DNA of 64,000 nucleotides from Escherichia phage NJ01, in sequence record NC_018835.1; one strand, given 5' to 3'. Made by a program: the position numbers and the translations under genes. Under the pieces are notes generated by a model, which saw only the letters and a list, made by a program, of their open reading frames with translations, did not search any database and was not told the DNA's origin. Positions within the stretch are counted from its first letter, which is position 1. Each line of letters opens with the position of its first letter. This document shows positions 18,924 through 30,370 of the stretch, piece after piece.

Positions 18924-21900
18924 ATGGCTAACATTAAACCGTGGGAAGAAGCTTCCAAAGCTCCTGCGTATCTGAATGCCTCTCCGGAGCGTCAAGCTCA
19001 AATGAGAGAACAATATAAGGCAGCAGGTGGCTCTATTCCTGAGGAACAACCAGTAGCACAACCACAACAAGAAGAACGTGGTGCTGTAGGTGAGTTTGCT
19101 CAAGGTGTGTCAAATGCTCTTCAGTCCGGCAGTGCTAATATCTCTGCTAACCTTTCTAGAGGTATTGGTGGTTTAGTTGAGATTGGTGAAGACCTAGTTG
19201 GAGCACAAACCGGCTATGGTAAACGTATGCAAGAGAACGCCCAGAACCTTCTTAAAGATCGTATGGATAAGATTGAGGATGGGATTGGTAAAACTGCTGG
19301 TCAGTATGCTGGAGTGGTTGCTGACATTGGTTTGACAGTTGCTAACCCGTTAGCTGCCGCTGCTATCATCGCAGGTCGTGAGACAGGTCGTGCATATGCA
19401 GACCAAACCCCTAAAGAGGGAGAAGACAAATCCGTTCTGGATGCAGCTCTTGTTGGTGGTGCTAACTATGCAGCTCAGAGAATTCTTCCGGGTGCTGTTG
19501 GTACAGCTGAATCCGCACTTGGTCGTATCGGTCAGAACGTTGCTAGTAACGCAGTGGCTGGTGCTAAGGGTGGTGCTATTGTTGGTGCTGCTGAAGCTCA
19601 GAACAAACATGGTGACGATAACAACCTAGCCAAGACATTAGAAGGTGTTATAGAAGAAGGGGCTATGGGTGCTGCATTTGGTGGTGCAGTTGGTGGTGTT
19701 CATGGTTTGATTAGTCGTCCAGATTCTGCTGTCTTTAAGAATACTCCAGAGTATGCAAAGACTGACATTGCTGCTGATGATGAATTAATTCGTAGTGCTA
19801 AGAACGTTGATGAACTGAAAGAAGCCTACTCTAAAGCTGATACTGCTAACGCTGCTTCTGCTCTTAATCTTCTGGATGAGAATGGATTCCGTATCACGGA
19901 CGCTGTTGCTGTGGATTCTCCTGCTGCTCAGCGTATTCTTAATACAGACCAAGCTCGTGCTGAGAAAGCTGCTTCTGCTCAGAAAGAGCATTCTAACATT
20001 CCGGGCCTTAATCCTTTGGCTTCTCCTGCTAAAGTTCGTGGTAAAGCATTCGCTGATAATGAACACAATCAGAAGCAAGCTGTCGCTATGAAAGATGCAA
20101 TGGCTGACTACACCAAGGATAACACGAAAGCTCTTACAGATGTTCTAGATAACCTAGACCGTGAATTAACTTCTCTTAGAGCATCTGGACACTTCACCGG
20201 TAGTCCACTTGACGTTAAGAATCGCACACAAGCTGACCGTGATTTCATTGATGCTTACAAGACTTTCTACAACGAGGCGAATCGATTCAAAGCTCGTGAT
20301 GGTGAAGACTTTAATAACTTTGTAGAGAAAGCTGCTGAGCTACAGAAGATGGCTGATAACGTTTCTCCAGAGATGAAGAAAGCTATTGGCGGGTTGAAGA
20401 AACTGAAAGGTATGCCTGAAGGTTTTAATCCCATTCAAGATGCCTACACTCTGAACAATACAGCTAAATTCATGAGCAACCAAGACCGTGGTTGGACTTC
20501 CCTGACTGATGATGGCTTCCGTGAGACTTCTTCTCCTAGTCTGGTTATGAACACCCTTGGTGCTGCTAAGTATGCTATAAACCGCTTCTCTTCTCAGCGT
20601 GCTCGCTCTCAACGTGTTAAGCAACAAGAGGCTAACAGTGAAGCTATCCGCTCTCTGGCTCGTGGTGATTTGGAAGTTGCTCGTGCTAAATCTACTGCTG
20701 ATGAAGCTCGTGCTAAAATGGAAGAAGAACCAGTTGTTGATGACATTAAATTCAAGACGCAAAATGACGTAGAAACCGAACCGGTTCGGGAGCCTTCTTC
20801 TAGTACTGTGACGGAAGAAAATCTTCCTTCTTCTGCTCCTCAAGAATCTCCTCTTACAGCTCGTGATTTAGTTGCGCAAAGACGTGCTATCCGTCAGGCT
20901 GAACAGCGTCGTGCTGAAGAAGAGGCAGCTGCTGCTCAAGAAGCTCCGGTTGAACAGGCTCCACAGGCTGAACCACTCCCTGCTCGTAATCCTTTAGAGG
21001 AACGTCGTGCAATGGAACAGCAACGTGCTCAAGAAGAGGCCGCACAGGCTCCAGAACCAACCGTAGAGGAACCAACAGCCAAAGCTGAGCCATTACCTGC
21101 TCGTGCTCCTAAAGCTCCTGAGGAAGCTGTACAGGACGTTAAACCGGAAAGCGGTATAGAGTACCTAGCTGCTATGTCAAGTACTGCTCGTCAAGTTGCT
21201 AGAGATCGTGCAACACGTTTTGCTAAATCCTTATACTCTAAGGCTGCTAAGGCTAAAGCTACTGCTGAAAACTTCTTAGCTTACAAAGGCGACCCTTTGG
21301 AGTTGATGCGTCGTATTCGTCGGGAAGATAATGCTATCAACACTGAACGTCATGAAGAGATGGCTCGTAATCAGTTAGCTTCTCAGCAAGGTATTGCTAC
21401 TGCTAAGAACAACACTGTACGAACTAATTTTGCTGAATGGGTTAAGGAACGTGGTCTGCCAGAAGACATTGCTACTAAGGCATTACGTGCTGAAGAGAAA
21501 GGTTTAGGTGGGAACGTGACTAACTTAGATAGTCTGAAACGTCGTGCTGAGAGATTGTATCAGAAGCAGCGTGAGGATGAGTTTGATAGGCTGTACCAAG
21601 AAGCTCTGGAAGAGAACAAAGCTTTCGATAAGAAGGATGCTCCTAAATTGGTTGACCAGAAGAAAGAGCTTCAGTCTGAGATTGATACTTTGATTGATTC
21701 AGAACCTTTACGTCCTGCTCAGAAAGATGCTATGCGCAAGCTGATGAATGATTATGTAGATGGGAAGTTTAAATCTTCAGAGAAGGCTGGTAGAGAAGAG
21801 GCTTTGGAAGTTGGTCAGATGAAGGATGTTTGGGATGGGTTTATTAACACCTATAACAGAGAAGTGAATGCCTTCAACAAAGCTAACAAGAACTCTCAAT

Positions 21901-23345
21901 ACGAAGCTGCTGCTAAACACTTGCAGGCTCGTGAAGAACGTCTTGCTACTCTGAGAAATAAAGCTCAGGCTCGTTCAGATGCTAAAGCTGCTGTTGAAAA
22001 TGAACGTAAAACTCTAGAGGCTATTGCAGCTCAGAAGAGTGAGATTGAGAAGATGATGGAAGGTTTACCTAAGCCTGTTCGTGAAGCTCAGGAATCTCGT
22101 ACATTGAAACAGTTGGCTGCTCACCATGATAAGAACTCTCCAGTTCCTCCAGAGAAGTTCCGTAGTTACATTGAACGTATCCATAACGCCGAGTCAGATT
22201 ACCTTGACCGTCAGCGTCGTTTAACTGATGCAGAGGAAGATGCTCGTCAGGCTAAGTGGAATAAGATGTATGAGCAAGCGGAAGAGATGGACCGTAAATT
22301 TGATATAGACAAAAGAGTTAAACGCAGTGAAGAGCTTAAAGCGGCTCAGAAGCGTGAGAATGATCTCATGGCAGTACAACGTCAACGTGACGACATTCAT
22401 CGTCGCCTGATGCATACTTTGGAAGATAAAGGCATATCTAAAGAGGATGCTGAAGCATTTGCTGGTTCCTACATGGATAACCGTTATGCACTTCTTGATA
22501 AGCCTATGACTCCTACTGAACATCAGAATGCTCGTTCTCGTATCGAAGCTGATGTTGAGAAGTTTGCTAAGAAGTACGAATCAATGACCCCTATCGAGAA
22601 AGAGATTGTTAAGATTACTGGAGATACTGAAGGTAAGCTTGATAACTTGGATGCGGATACTAGGAAGGCTGTTGAGGAGGCTCAGAAGGTTGACTCTGAT
22701 ATTAAGAAACTGCAAGAGGAAGAGTTGGAGATGGAGAAGATTCGTTCTGCTCTGCCTGACGATGAAAAATCTCAAGCAAATTCTGATATCTTGGAAAGTA
22801 TCAAACAGCAGGAAGAAGTCTTTGCTGATAAAGTAGAGAAAGCTTTCTTAAGCGGGAAGAGCTTGGATGAGTTGGCTAGTGTGGCTGAAGTTTTAGACAG
22901 GGTTCATGGTGCAGACAAGGCTGGTAACAACCGTCGCTTTGTACGTGCATTGCAGACTGCTGCTGAAAACAAGAAGAAGTATGGTGATAATCCGGTAGCT
23001 TGGTTTAGTGCTGATGATTATTCTGCTATTGCTAAACTTGGTGCTTCTTCCGCAGGTGGTAACAAATCTAGAGCACTGGAGAAGATCTTTGGTTCTACAG
23101 CTGAACAAGCTAAGAGTAAGTTGCTTGGTAGGGATGATGTAGCGAAGATGAGACGTGTAATTGAAGAGAACCCTGATGTTAAGATTCCTTCTTACAAGAC
23201 AACGAATCGTACTGAGTACTTGCAGTTCTTGGAGAAGTTTAATGACGAAGGGAAGCCGAAGATTAAACGTGGCTCATTGTCAGAGAAGCTTGAACGCAGT
23301 AAGCGTCAATCGAGACTCCGTGTAAGAGTTCGACCTAAGGAGTGA
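18924..23345 (+). CDS. very large internal virion protein (1473 aa), Ala/Glu/Lys-rich coiled-coil
   Basis: Single uninterrupted ORF with SD AAGGAG; last gene of + strand module. Confidence 0.6.
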   Translation: MANIKPWEEASKAPAYLNASPERQAQMREQYKAAGGSIPEEQPVAQPQQEERGAVGEFAQGVSNALQSGSANISANLSRGIGGLVEIGEDLVGAQTGYGKRMQENAQNLLKDRMDKIEDGIGKTAGQYAGVVADIGLTVANPLAAAAIIAGRETGRAYADQTPKEGEDKSVLDAALVGGANYAAQRILPGAVGTAESALGRIGQNVASNAVAGAKGGAIVGAAEAQNKHGDDNNLAKTLEGVIEEGAMGAAFGGAVGGVHGLISRPDSAVFKNTPEYAKTDIAADDELIRSAKNVDELKEAYSKADTANAASALNLLDENGFRITDAVAVDSPAAQRILNTDQARAEKAASAQKEHSNIPGLNPLASPAKVRGKAFADNEHNQKQAVAMKDAMADYTKDNTKALTDVLDNLDRELTSLRASGHFTGSPLDVKNRTQADRDFIDAYKTFYNEANRFKARDGEDFNNFVEKAAELQKMADNVSPEMKKAIGGLKKLKGMPEGFNPIQDAYTLNNTAKFMSNQDRGWTSLTDDGFRETSSPSLVMNTLGAAKYAINRFSSQRARSQRVKQQEANSEAIRSLARGDLEVARAKSTADEARAKMEEEPVVDDIKFKTQNDVETEPVREPSSSTVTEENLPSSAPQESPLTARDLVAQRRAIRQAEQRRAEEEAAAAQEAPVEQAPQAEPLPARNPLEERRAMEQQRAQEEAAQAPEPTVEEPTAKAEPLPARAPKAPEEAVQDVKPESGIEYLAAMSSTARQVARDRATRFAKSLYSKAAKAKATAENFLAYKGDPLELMRRIRREDNAINTERHEEMARNQLASQQGIATAKNNTVRTNFAEWVKERGLPEDIATKALRAEEKGLGGNVTNLDSLKRRAERLYQKQREDEFDRLYQEALEENKAFDKKDAPKLVDQKKELQSEIDTLIDSEPLRPAQKDAMRKLMNDYVDGKFKSSEKAGREEALEVGQMKDVWDGFINTYNREVNAFNKANKNSQYEAAAKHLQAREERLATLRNKAQARSDAKAAVENERKTLEAIAAQKSEIEKMMEGLPKPVREAQESRTLKQLAAHHDKNSPVPPEKFRSYIERIHNAESDYLDRQRRLTDAEEDARQAKWNKMYEQAEEMDRKFDIDKRVKRSEELKAAQKRENDLMAVQRQRDDIHRRLMHTLEDKGISKEDAEAFAGSYMDNRYALLDKPMTPTEHQNARSRIEADVEKFAKKYESMTPIEKEIVKITGDTEGKLDNLDADTRKAVEEAQKVDSDIKKLQEEELEMEKIRSALPDDEKSQANSDILESIKQQEEVFADKVEKAFLSGKSLDELASVAEVLDRVHGADKAGNNRRFVRALQTAAENKKKYGDNPVAWFSADDYSAIAKLGASSAGGNKSRALEKIFGSTAEQAKSKLLGRDDVAKMRRVIEENPDVKIPSYKTTNRTEYLQFLEKFNDEGKPKIKRGSLSEKLERSKRQSRLRVRVRPKE

Positions 23346-23354
23346 TAAAAGAAA

Positions 23355-23390
23355 AGCCCCAACCGAAAGGAAGGGGCTTTATTTATTTCT
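23355..23390. terminator. bidirectional terminator at convergence of + and - transcription units
   Basis: agcccc...ggggct hairpin flanked by T-runs on both strands. Confidence 0.6.
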
Positions 23391-23794
23391 AGATTTTCTT
23401 GTAAGTGATAGTTCCTTCTTTAACAGCTTTATCATAAGCCGCTTTGAACTTTTTCATCATATCAATTTTGCTCTGTTTTATCTTTTCAAAAACCATCAAA
23501 TTCGTCATACATCCCAATTCTCTTCAGAAGTCTGGATGTTCATCTTCAAAGCATCCTGAGATGCCTCCGTAGAACCAATCTGATTTACTGCCAAGAATAA
23601 CAACTCCTTCATTCATACACCCTCCTAGATTGTGTTTATAAAATTAGTAAGTTTCTCTTCGCTTTCATCAAAAGCTTTTCCAGCTGCTTCCATCTCCCAA
23701 GTTTCGGCATTGTCAATAAAGCTCTGAGCTTCTAATAGATCGTGGATTAAGTCGAAGAGTTTATTTTTATCTGCTTGTGTGATCATGTCAGTTC

Positions 23795-24022
23795 CTAGAT
23801 TAAATCGTAATACTGAATAATGTCAGAGAGTTTGAACTCTCGAATCTCATCTTTCTCTACATCTATCGCTGTCATAATCCAACAAGGTTTGCCACCGTTA
23901 TGAAAACGGGAGCTAGCAACGGAGGTTCGGAGTGGAATAACGGACCGGTCAGCAATCTCGCCTCTCCAATTGCGATAGCGAAAGCGAAGCACTTGTTGCG
24001 TAGATTTTTGATCATCACTCAT
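23795..24022 (-). CDS. hypothetical protein
   Basis: 75 aa; ATG overlaps HNH gene stop (ATGAGTGA) with AAGGAA SD; track start 24163 rejected. Confidence 0.4.
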   Translation of the reverse strand: MSDDQKSTQQVLRFRYRNWRGEIADRSVIPLRTSVASSRFHNGGKPCWIMTAIDVEKDEIREFKLSDIIQYYDLI

Positions 24023-24416
24023 TTCCTTTTTTGAATTGTTTTCTTGCATCATTCTCTTCTTTTGTTTTAATCTTATGACAAGGGTCTTTACACAGAACCT
24101 GAAAACCTTCTTTTTCACATAGAGCACGAGAGATGATTTCATCCCAAGTTGCTTCATGGTCAAGAGGGACTATAGGCTCTATGTGGTCAATAGCCATATC
24201 CTTTACAGGGTGGTCAGAACCACACATGGCACACTTAAAGTGCATTGCCAGTCTTCCTGTCTTTGGATTAATTTTCTGCTCTGTCTTGGCGTCTGCTAGT
24301 GCATCGAACATAGGCTTCCACTTTCTAGTCAGAGAACGAATCCCTGACTTGATGAAAGAATTGTAACGAGCTTCAGTCCACATTCCAGAGCATCTAGTCT
24401 TCTCAGCCTTCGCCAT
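24015..24416 (-). CDS. HNH endonuclease
   Basis: 133 aa; CAMCG...DHIEPIVP...LCKDPCHKIKT HNH motif. Confidence 0.75.
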   Translation of the reverse strand: MAKAEKTRCSGMWTEARYNSFIKSGIRSLTRKWKPMFDALADAKTEQKINPKTGRLAMHFKCAMCGSDHPVKDMAIDHIEPIVPLDHEATWDEIISRALCEKEGFQVLCKDPCHKIKTKEENDARKQFKKGNE

Positions 24417-24594
24417 AACCTACACTCATATCATCTTCTTCCCATACACGTTTATCCACTCGATGTGATACTTTTTCACGCTTTTCTTTAATATAGCGAT
24501 TGCCTAATTCATGACTATATTTAATACGCTGCTCTTTTCGAGATTCGCGATTGGAGGAGTTTTCATCATATGAACGATAGTCAAATTTACCCAT
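24403..24594 (-). CDS. hypothetical basic protein
   Basis: 63 aa; internal ATG 8 nt after upstream stop with AAGGA SD. Confidence 0.35.
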   Translation of the reverse strand: MGKFDYRSYDENSSNRESRKEQRIKYSHELGNRYIKEKREKVSHRVDKRVWEEDDMSVGYGEG

Positions 24595-24604
24595 TATAAT
24601 ATCC

Positions 24605-25426
24605 TTATTCCCAAGTTTTTTCGAGCCACGACCAATCAAATAGGTCTTCCGGAGTCTGACCAACAAAGAGCAGCCGAGCATTCTCAAGCATCTTCTCTTC
24701 ATCTTCAGTATCGAACTTCTTATAATATTCCATTCGTACTATATGATACATGGTCCACTTGTCTGTAACACCAGCCAATAACTTAGCTGCTGCTTTCTTC
24801 CCTATTCCTTGACGTCGAAGCTGAAGCTTACCGCCCCACATAACTTCTTTACGTTCTCCACATCCGGGGATATTATCTGTACCATCTCCAACCAACATCT
24901 GATAGAAGAAGTTTTGCCATGAAACTAAATCAGATACATAGTGAGGAGGGACTTCTTTCTGTCTTTCTCCACAAGCCCAACGGTAGTGCCATCCGGGAGT
25001 TATCAACAAATCCTTGTCTCTAGTACAGATGATAGTGTTCTTATCCCTACGTTGCCTTTCAGCTAGTGCATCATCAGCCTCTCTCCCAAATACATCTATA
25101 TATTCATACTTACCTTTAATGTAATCACCAACGTTCTGCCAGTGAAAAGGTCTTTCTCCGGGAGGTCTGTTTGCTTTGTAGTCTTGCTGCTTAGCAACAT
25201 CAAAACGGAAGTTACCGCCTTCGCTGAAGTAGAACACAACCTTACTGCAACCTGAGCGAGCAATGATAGTATCTATCTTGTACTGAAGTCGTTCAATCAT
25301 GAAATTGTAATCAACTGGAACACGTCCTGTGTCAAGAAAGGGATGCTCCTGAGTAAGAGCACCCACTTCATATCGAAGAACGTCAGCATCCACTATAGCT
25401 ACTTCAGGGAGCTTAACGTCTTCCAT
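24605..25426 (-). CDS. 5'-3' exonuclease / flap endonuclease (FEN family)
   Basis: 273 aa; VGDGTDNIPG motif typical of Pol I-type 5' nucleases. Confidence 0.8.
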   Translation of the reverse strand: MEDVKLPEVAIVDADVLRYEVGALTQEHPFLDTGRVPVDYNFMIERLQYKIDTIIARSGCSKVVFYFSEGGNFRFDVAKQQDYKANRPPGERPFHWQNVGDYIKGKYEYIDVFGREADDALAERQRRDKNTIICTRDKDLLITPGWHYRWACGERQKEVPPHYVSDLVSWQNFFYQMLVGDGTDNIPGCGERKEVMWGGKLQLRRQGIGKKAAAKLLAGVTDKWTMYHIVRMEYYKKFDTEDEEKMLENARLLFVGQTPEDLFDWSWLEKTWE

Positions 25427-25427
25427 A

Positions 25428-25954
25428 TTATTCTCCTAACAGCTTACGAATTTCACTACGGAAATTATCATACTCTTCAGGGTATTCAAACCCGCATTCG
25501 AGAAGAGCATAATGAACAACCTTCAGCAAATCCTGAACCTTATTCTTATCTTTGTGTCGATAAGCGTATTTGATCATATTGGTTTGTTGGAAGTTCAACT
25601 GAGGGTTTGCATGATAAAATTCAACAGGCTGAATGATTTTAGATTCAGGGTTATAGTGTGCACCACCAACCATAGTGTCTAAAGCTGGACTCCTTTTGCT
25701 GGTTTGTTCAGTTGTAGCTTTAAAGCTGACTACAGGAACAGAGGAATAAATTGGATACTCTTCACCTACTGGCGGCTTTACCATCAACTTTTTCATTGCA
25801 AATCGAATTTCTGTATCAGAGGAACATGAAGAGATTTCTTCAACAGATTTACGATAACTGTCAATAACTGCACGTAGCATGGAGACTGTCTTAGTCTTCT
25901 CTTTTAACTTCTCTGTTAATACAATAACTTCTGCTCTTTTGGATTCAAACTCGG

Positions 25955-25964
<10 letters not shown>
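25428..25964 (-). CDS. hypothetical protein with DUF3310-like C-terminal region
   Basis: 178 aa; AHYNPESKIIQPVEFYHANPQLNFQQTNMIKYAYRHKDK pattern recalled from DUF3310 phage proteins. Confidence 0.4.
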
Positions 25965-27248
<1,284 letters not shown>

Positions 27249-27492
27249 AATGCATCTCTTTATAAATGGTTTCCGTGTTCTTCTTCCAGCTAGATAAACC
27301 GGTAAGAACTCTCTGAGCAACTTCATCAGCTGCCTTACTTCTTTCAATCTCTAACTCTTGTTGATGTTTCTCTTTGTCTAGATTACTGCTGTCTGTTTGA
27401 TATTCGTTAAACTTCATACCACCAAAGAATACAAGAGCTGAGAAAACGATAAACCCTAAGTTATCACTTAACGTGTTTTGCATGTTGTCTCC

Positions 27493-27519
27493 AACGAAAA
27501 AAGCCACCCGAAGGTGGCT
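27493..27519 (-). terminator. intrinsic terminator (minus strand)
   Basis: agccacc-ttcg-ggtggct hairpin followed by TTTTT on minus strand, immediately upstream of spanin RBS. Confidence 0.55.
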
Positions 27520-27540
27520 AAGCTATAACAAGGAGAGTTA

Positions 27541-28287
27541 TTAGAATGGGCTATCGTTGTCGTCTTCGTAAGTAGAAGCAGGCTCTCTATCAATCGTAGG
27601 GATTGAAGGAGTAGCTTCTTTCTGTTCTGTCTCAGAAGCACGAGTAATTTCACGACCAGCCAGAGGCATGTTCTTAGCGTCATTAGCTTGAGTAAGCAGG
27701 TTGCGCTGGAACGGGAACATCAGTTGATAGGATGCTACGTTCTCATCGGTTTCAGCATACGGTTCGAAGAATACCAGAGGACTACGAGCTTCACCAACTG
27801 CTGCACGATATTTGGTTGGGATTGGAGAAATGGTTTTGATGGAGTTTTTAACTTCACCAGCTTTATTAGTGTAAGAGTTAACCAGAATGTTGACAGGCTG
27901 ACCTAACAGTACATCCTTAAACCAAGACAGATCACCTTTCAGTGCTTGAATGCTTGGGTCAATCATCTTGCAGAGATCAAGGATACCAGAGTTCTTAGCT
28001 CGTGGGTTTACATCATAGCTCTTGAACTGGCAAGCAGGACGTGGTTCTAATGCCTTACCATCGGAATCTTTACCAGTAGCATCAACACCAATCAGCTCGA
28101 AAGCCAAATCCATACGGAAAGCTGGATTCTTAGGAGTTACTGCTTTGGTCTTCGGGTCAATCCAAGGGTCACGATTGTGAACACCCAAACCTACTACACG
28201 AACAATACGTGCTTCGTACTCGCCATCAGGGATAATGTCGTAGTTGGATTTACGAGAAGAAGTTGCGATAGTTGGAATCATAGACAT
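27541..28287 (-). CDS. ssDNA-binding protein, T7 gp2.5-like
   Basis: 248 aa; acidic C-terminal tail ending DDNDSPF (cf. SSB DDDIPF); N-terminal region resembles gp2.5 start. Confidence 0.55.
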   Translation of the reverse strand: MSMIPTIATSSRKSNYDIIPDGEYEARIVRVVGLGVHNRDPWIDPKTKAVTPKNPAFRMDLAFELIGVDATGKDSDGKALEPRPACQFKSYDVNPRAKNSGILDLCKMIDPSIQALKGDLSWFKDVLLGQPVNILVNSYTNKAGEVKNSIKTISPIPTKYRAAVGEARSPLVFFEPYAETDENVASYQLMFPFQRNLLTQANDAKNMPLAGREITRASETEQKEATPSIPTIDREPASTYEDDNDSPF

Positions 28288-28344
28288 ATTTTAATTTCCT
28301 TATTTAATTTGAAAGATTGTTGCTCTCTTTGAGCGGTTATGTAT

Positions 28345-28355
28345 AATATACATTA
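28345..28355 (-). promoter_or_regulatory. TAATGTATAT-like motif on minus strand upstream of SSB gene
   Basis: Reverse complement of + strand aatatacatta; ~55 nt upstream of SSB ATG. Confidence 0.35.
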
Positions 28356-28418
28356 CGCTTATACCGATAAGAGTGCTATATAATATAAGTATCTTTGGTA
28401 GTAGATATAACACATTAG

Positions 28419-28429
28419 TAATGTATATA
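28419..28429 (+). promoter_or_regulatory. orphan + strand TAATGTATATA motif in AT-rich intergenic region
   Basis: Identical to motifs at 2047 and 18879 but no + strand ORF downstream. Confidence 0.3.
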
Positions 28430-28703
28430 TTGTATAGCTGATAAAGTTATTGCAGGCTTGTATATTGGGCAATTCACAGAATCCCTTGCAAGTACCGAAG
28501 GGCAGGAGCCACCTGCGAGATAAAAATAGAGAATTAAGGAATCCTTGATTTAGGTTGTAGGGACTCCTAGGGACTTTGATTCTCTATTTAAAAGAATATT
28601 AATTACTTACTACCTAAATAATTAACTAACTTACTTAAACCAAATTCAAGAATAATAGATAAAAAGATTATTCCTAAGAAAGCTAAAAAGTAAAGTATAT
28701 AAG

Positions 28704-28868
28704 TTACCATTCAAGTAAACCTTTAAAGTTAGATTGTTCTACTATTCGCTGATAACGAAGATTAGAATCAGCTTGTTTCTTTAACATCTCATTATATTGG
28801 TCTCTGATAGAGTCTTTATAAACTACAGGTTCTTTAAATAATGAGATCTTGTTCTTTTCTTCTTTCAT
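28704..28868 (-). CDS. hypothetical protein
   Basis: 54 aa; internal ATG with AGGAAGG SD. Confidence 0.35.
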   Translation of the reverse strand: MKEEKNKISLFKEPVVYKDSIRDQYNEMLKKQADSNLRYQRIVEQSNFKGLLEW

Positions 28869-29337
28869 CGAAAACCTTCCTAATCTCTTGCAGAGAAACA
28901 GCTTTATAGTTAATTTGCTCCATTGATGTACAGAAATATCTCCAATCATCAATTACATGATTATGTGTATGAGCATAAATATTAAACTTCCCTCTCATTT
29001 CATCAGTGTGAATAGGAATGTGAGTTATCCAAAACTCTTTATACTTATAATCACCAGAGATTCTACGAAAGACTTTCATCATATCAGGGAGAAGTTCTAA
29101 CCTATCATGGTTTCCTAAGACCAGATGCTTCTCTCCTTTCACTTCAGCGATAATATCAAGGGCATACTTTTCAAATACCCAATCACCAGTAAAGAAGATT
29201 TTATCACGTTTGGTTACGTGGTCAAAAGCAGCCAGAATTGCTTTGTCATGTTCTTCGATGTTTTTAAATTGCTTACGAAAACTACAGATGTTGCGATGGC
29301 CTAAGTGACCATCTCCTGCAAAATAAACTTCAGCCAT
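28834..29337 (-). CDS. metallophosphoesterase (calcineurin-like)
   Basis: 167 aa; GDGHLGH, GDWV, GNHD and HTH motifs. Confidence 0.75.
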   Translation of the reverse strand: MAEVYFAGDGHLGHRNICSFRKQFKNIEEHDKAILAAFDHVTKRDKIFFTGDWVFEKYALDIIAEVKGEKHLVLGNHDRLELLPDMMKVFRRISGDYKYKEFWITHIPIHTDEMRGKFNIYAHTHNHVIDDWRYFCTSMEQINYKAVSLQEIRKVFDERRKEQDLII

Positions 29338-29346
29338 AAAGACCTC

Positions 29347-29829
29347 TTAAATAGTTAATTTGTGATCTTCCTCCGCTCTGTTTCTAACAGAGACGGCTTC
29401 CTCTAGGGTTGAGAAAGTTCCTAGGTATTTAGTTTTACCCTTAATGTGGATATTGGCTATGTACTTCCCTCTTGAATTGAGGTATACACCCTTAGCCCCT
29501 GATGTGTTGTTAGAGTTCAAACCCTTGTTCCAAGAGTTATTCTCGTTGTTAACTTCTCTAAGGTTGCCTATGGAATCATTGGAAGGGTTTCGATCAATGT
29601 GATCTATTTGATCTTTAGGTAAAACGCCATTAGCAAAATACCAAATAACGTGGTATCTGTAAATGGCTCTTCCTTTCAATCGAATAAGCACTCTTCCATC
29701 CTTTTTTAAAGTTCCTGCCTCATCACCCCGCCTGCATTTTGTTCCGTTGTGAATTCTCCAGAACACTTTCCCAGATGATAAATCACAAACAAAGAACTCA
29801 TCCAGAAGATCTTCTATCATATCATGCAA
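29347..29829 (-). CDS. HNH homing endonuclease with AP2 DNA-binding domain
   Basis: 160 aa; IDHIDRNPSNDSIGNLREV HNH motif; C-terminal AKGVYLNSRGKYIANIHIKGKTKYLGTFSTLEEA AP2-like. Confidence 0.75.
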   Translation of the reverse strand: MHDMIEDLLDEFFVCDLSSGKVFWRIHNGTKCRRGDEAGTLKKDGRVLIRLKGRAIYRYHVIWYFANGVLPKDQIDHIDRNPSNDSIGNLREVNNENNSWNKGLNSNNTSGAKGVYLNSRGKYIANIHIKGKTKYLGTFSTLEEAVSVRNRAEEDHKLTI

Positions 29830-30038
29830 CCATCACAAGTAAGGTCTCCAAGAAGGGACAGTGATAACAAACGAGACTGCTCATCACTATACAGTTGATC
29901 AATCTCTTCTTTAAGTTTTGCCAATTCCATAAAGTTAATAAGCTGTCCATGTTCGAGACAGTCTGTTTTCAATACGAATAAAACATCAGCGTCTGTTGAA
30001 TCTTCACTTGAATATTTATCAATGTATTCCATTTTCAC
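29817..30038 (-). CDS. hypothetical protein
   Basis: 73 aa ORF in coupled minus-strand array. Confidence 0.35.
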   Translation of the reverse strand: MKMEYIDKYSSEDSTDADVLFVLKTDCLEHGQLINFMELAKLKEEIDQLYSDEQSRLLSLSLLGDLTCDGCMI

Positions 30039-30187
30039 CCCTATCTATTATGACCAAGACTTAGCTGTTACTTCAACATACGTTTTAACTTCACCTTTCA
30101 ACACCTCCTGAGAAGCGTTTGCACTCTCTTCAGAGTGATGTACAACGGTGATCTCTTTCTTTCCAATCTTATAAGTGTGAATCCAAA

Positions 30188-30370
30188 TCATGATACTTCC
30201 TTAATATCAATTAGTTCATAGCTACATCCTGCATCTTTGCAAGATTGCTCCAATTTCTGTGTTGCCTCTATTGGGTTTTCGCCATCAACTACCTCTTTTT
30301 TACAAGAGGCTACTACGTTATAGGCATCAGTCCAAAATCTACTTTTATACTCAATTAGATAATATTTCAT
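30188..30370 (-). CDS. hypothetical protein
   Basis: 60 aa; start ATG overlaps upstream stop (ATGA). Confidence 0.35.
   Translation of the reverse strand: MKYYLIEYKSRFWTDAYNVVASCKKEVVDGENPIEATQKLEQSCKDAGCSYELIDIKEVS

Noticed and set aside
23795-24163. Track start at 24163 for the 122-aa ORF
   Set aside because: First 47 codons overlap the HNH gene in another frame; internal ATG at 24022 with SD and ATGAGTGA stop-start overlap is more plausible.
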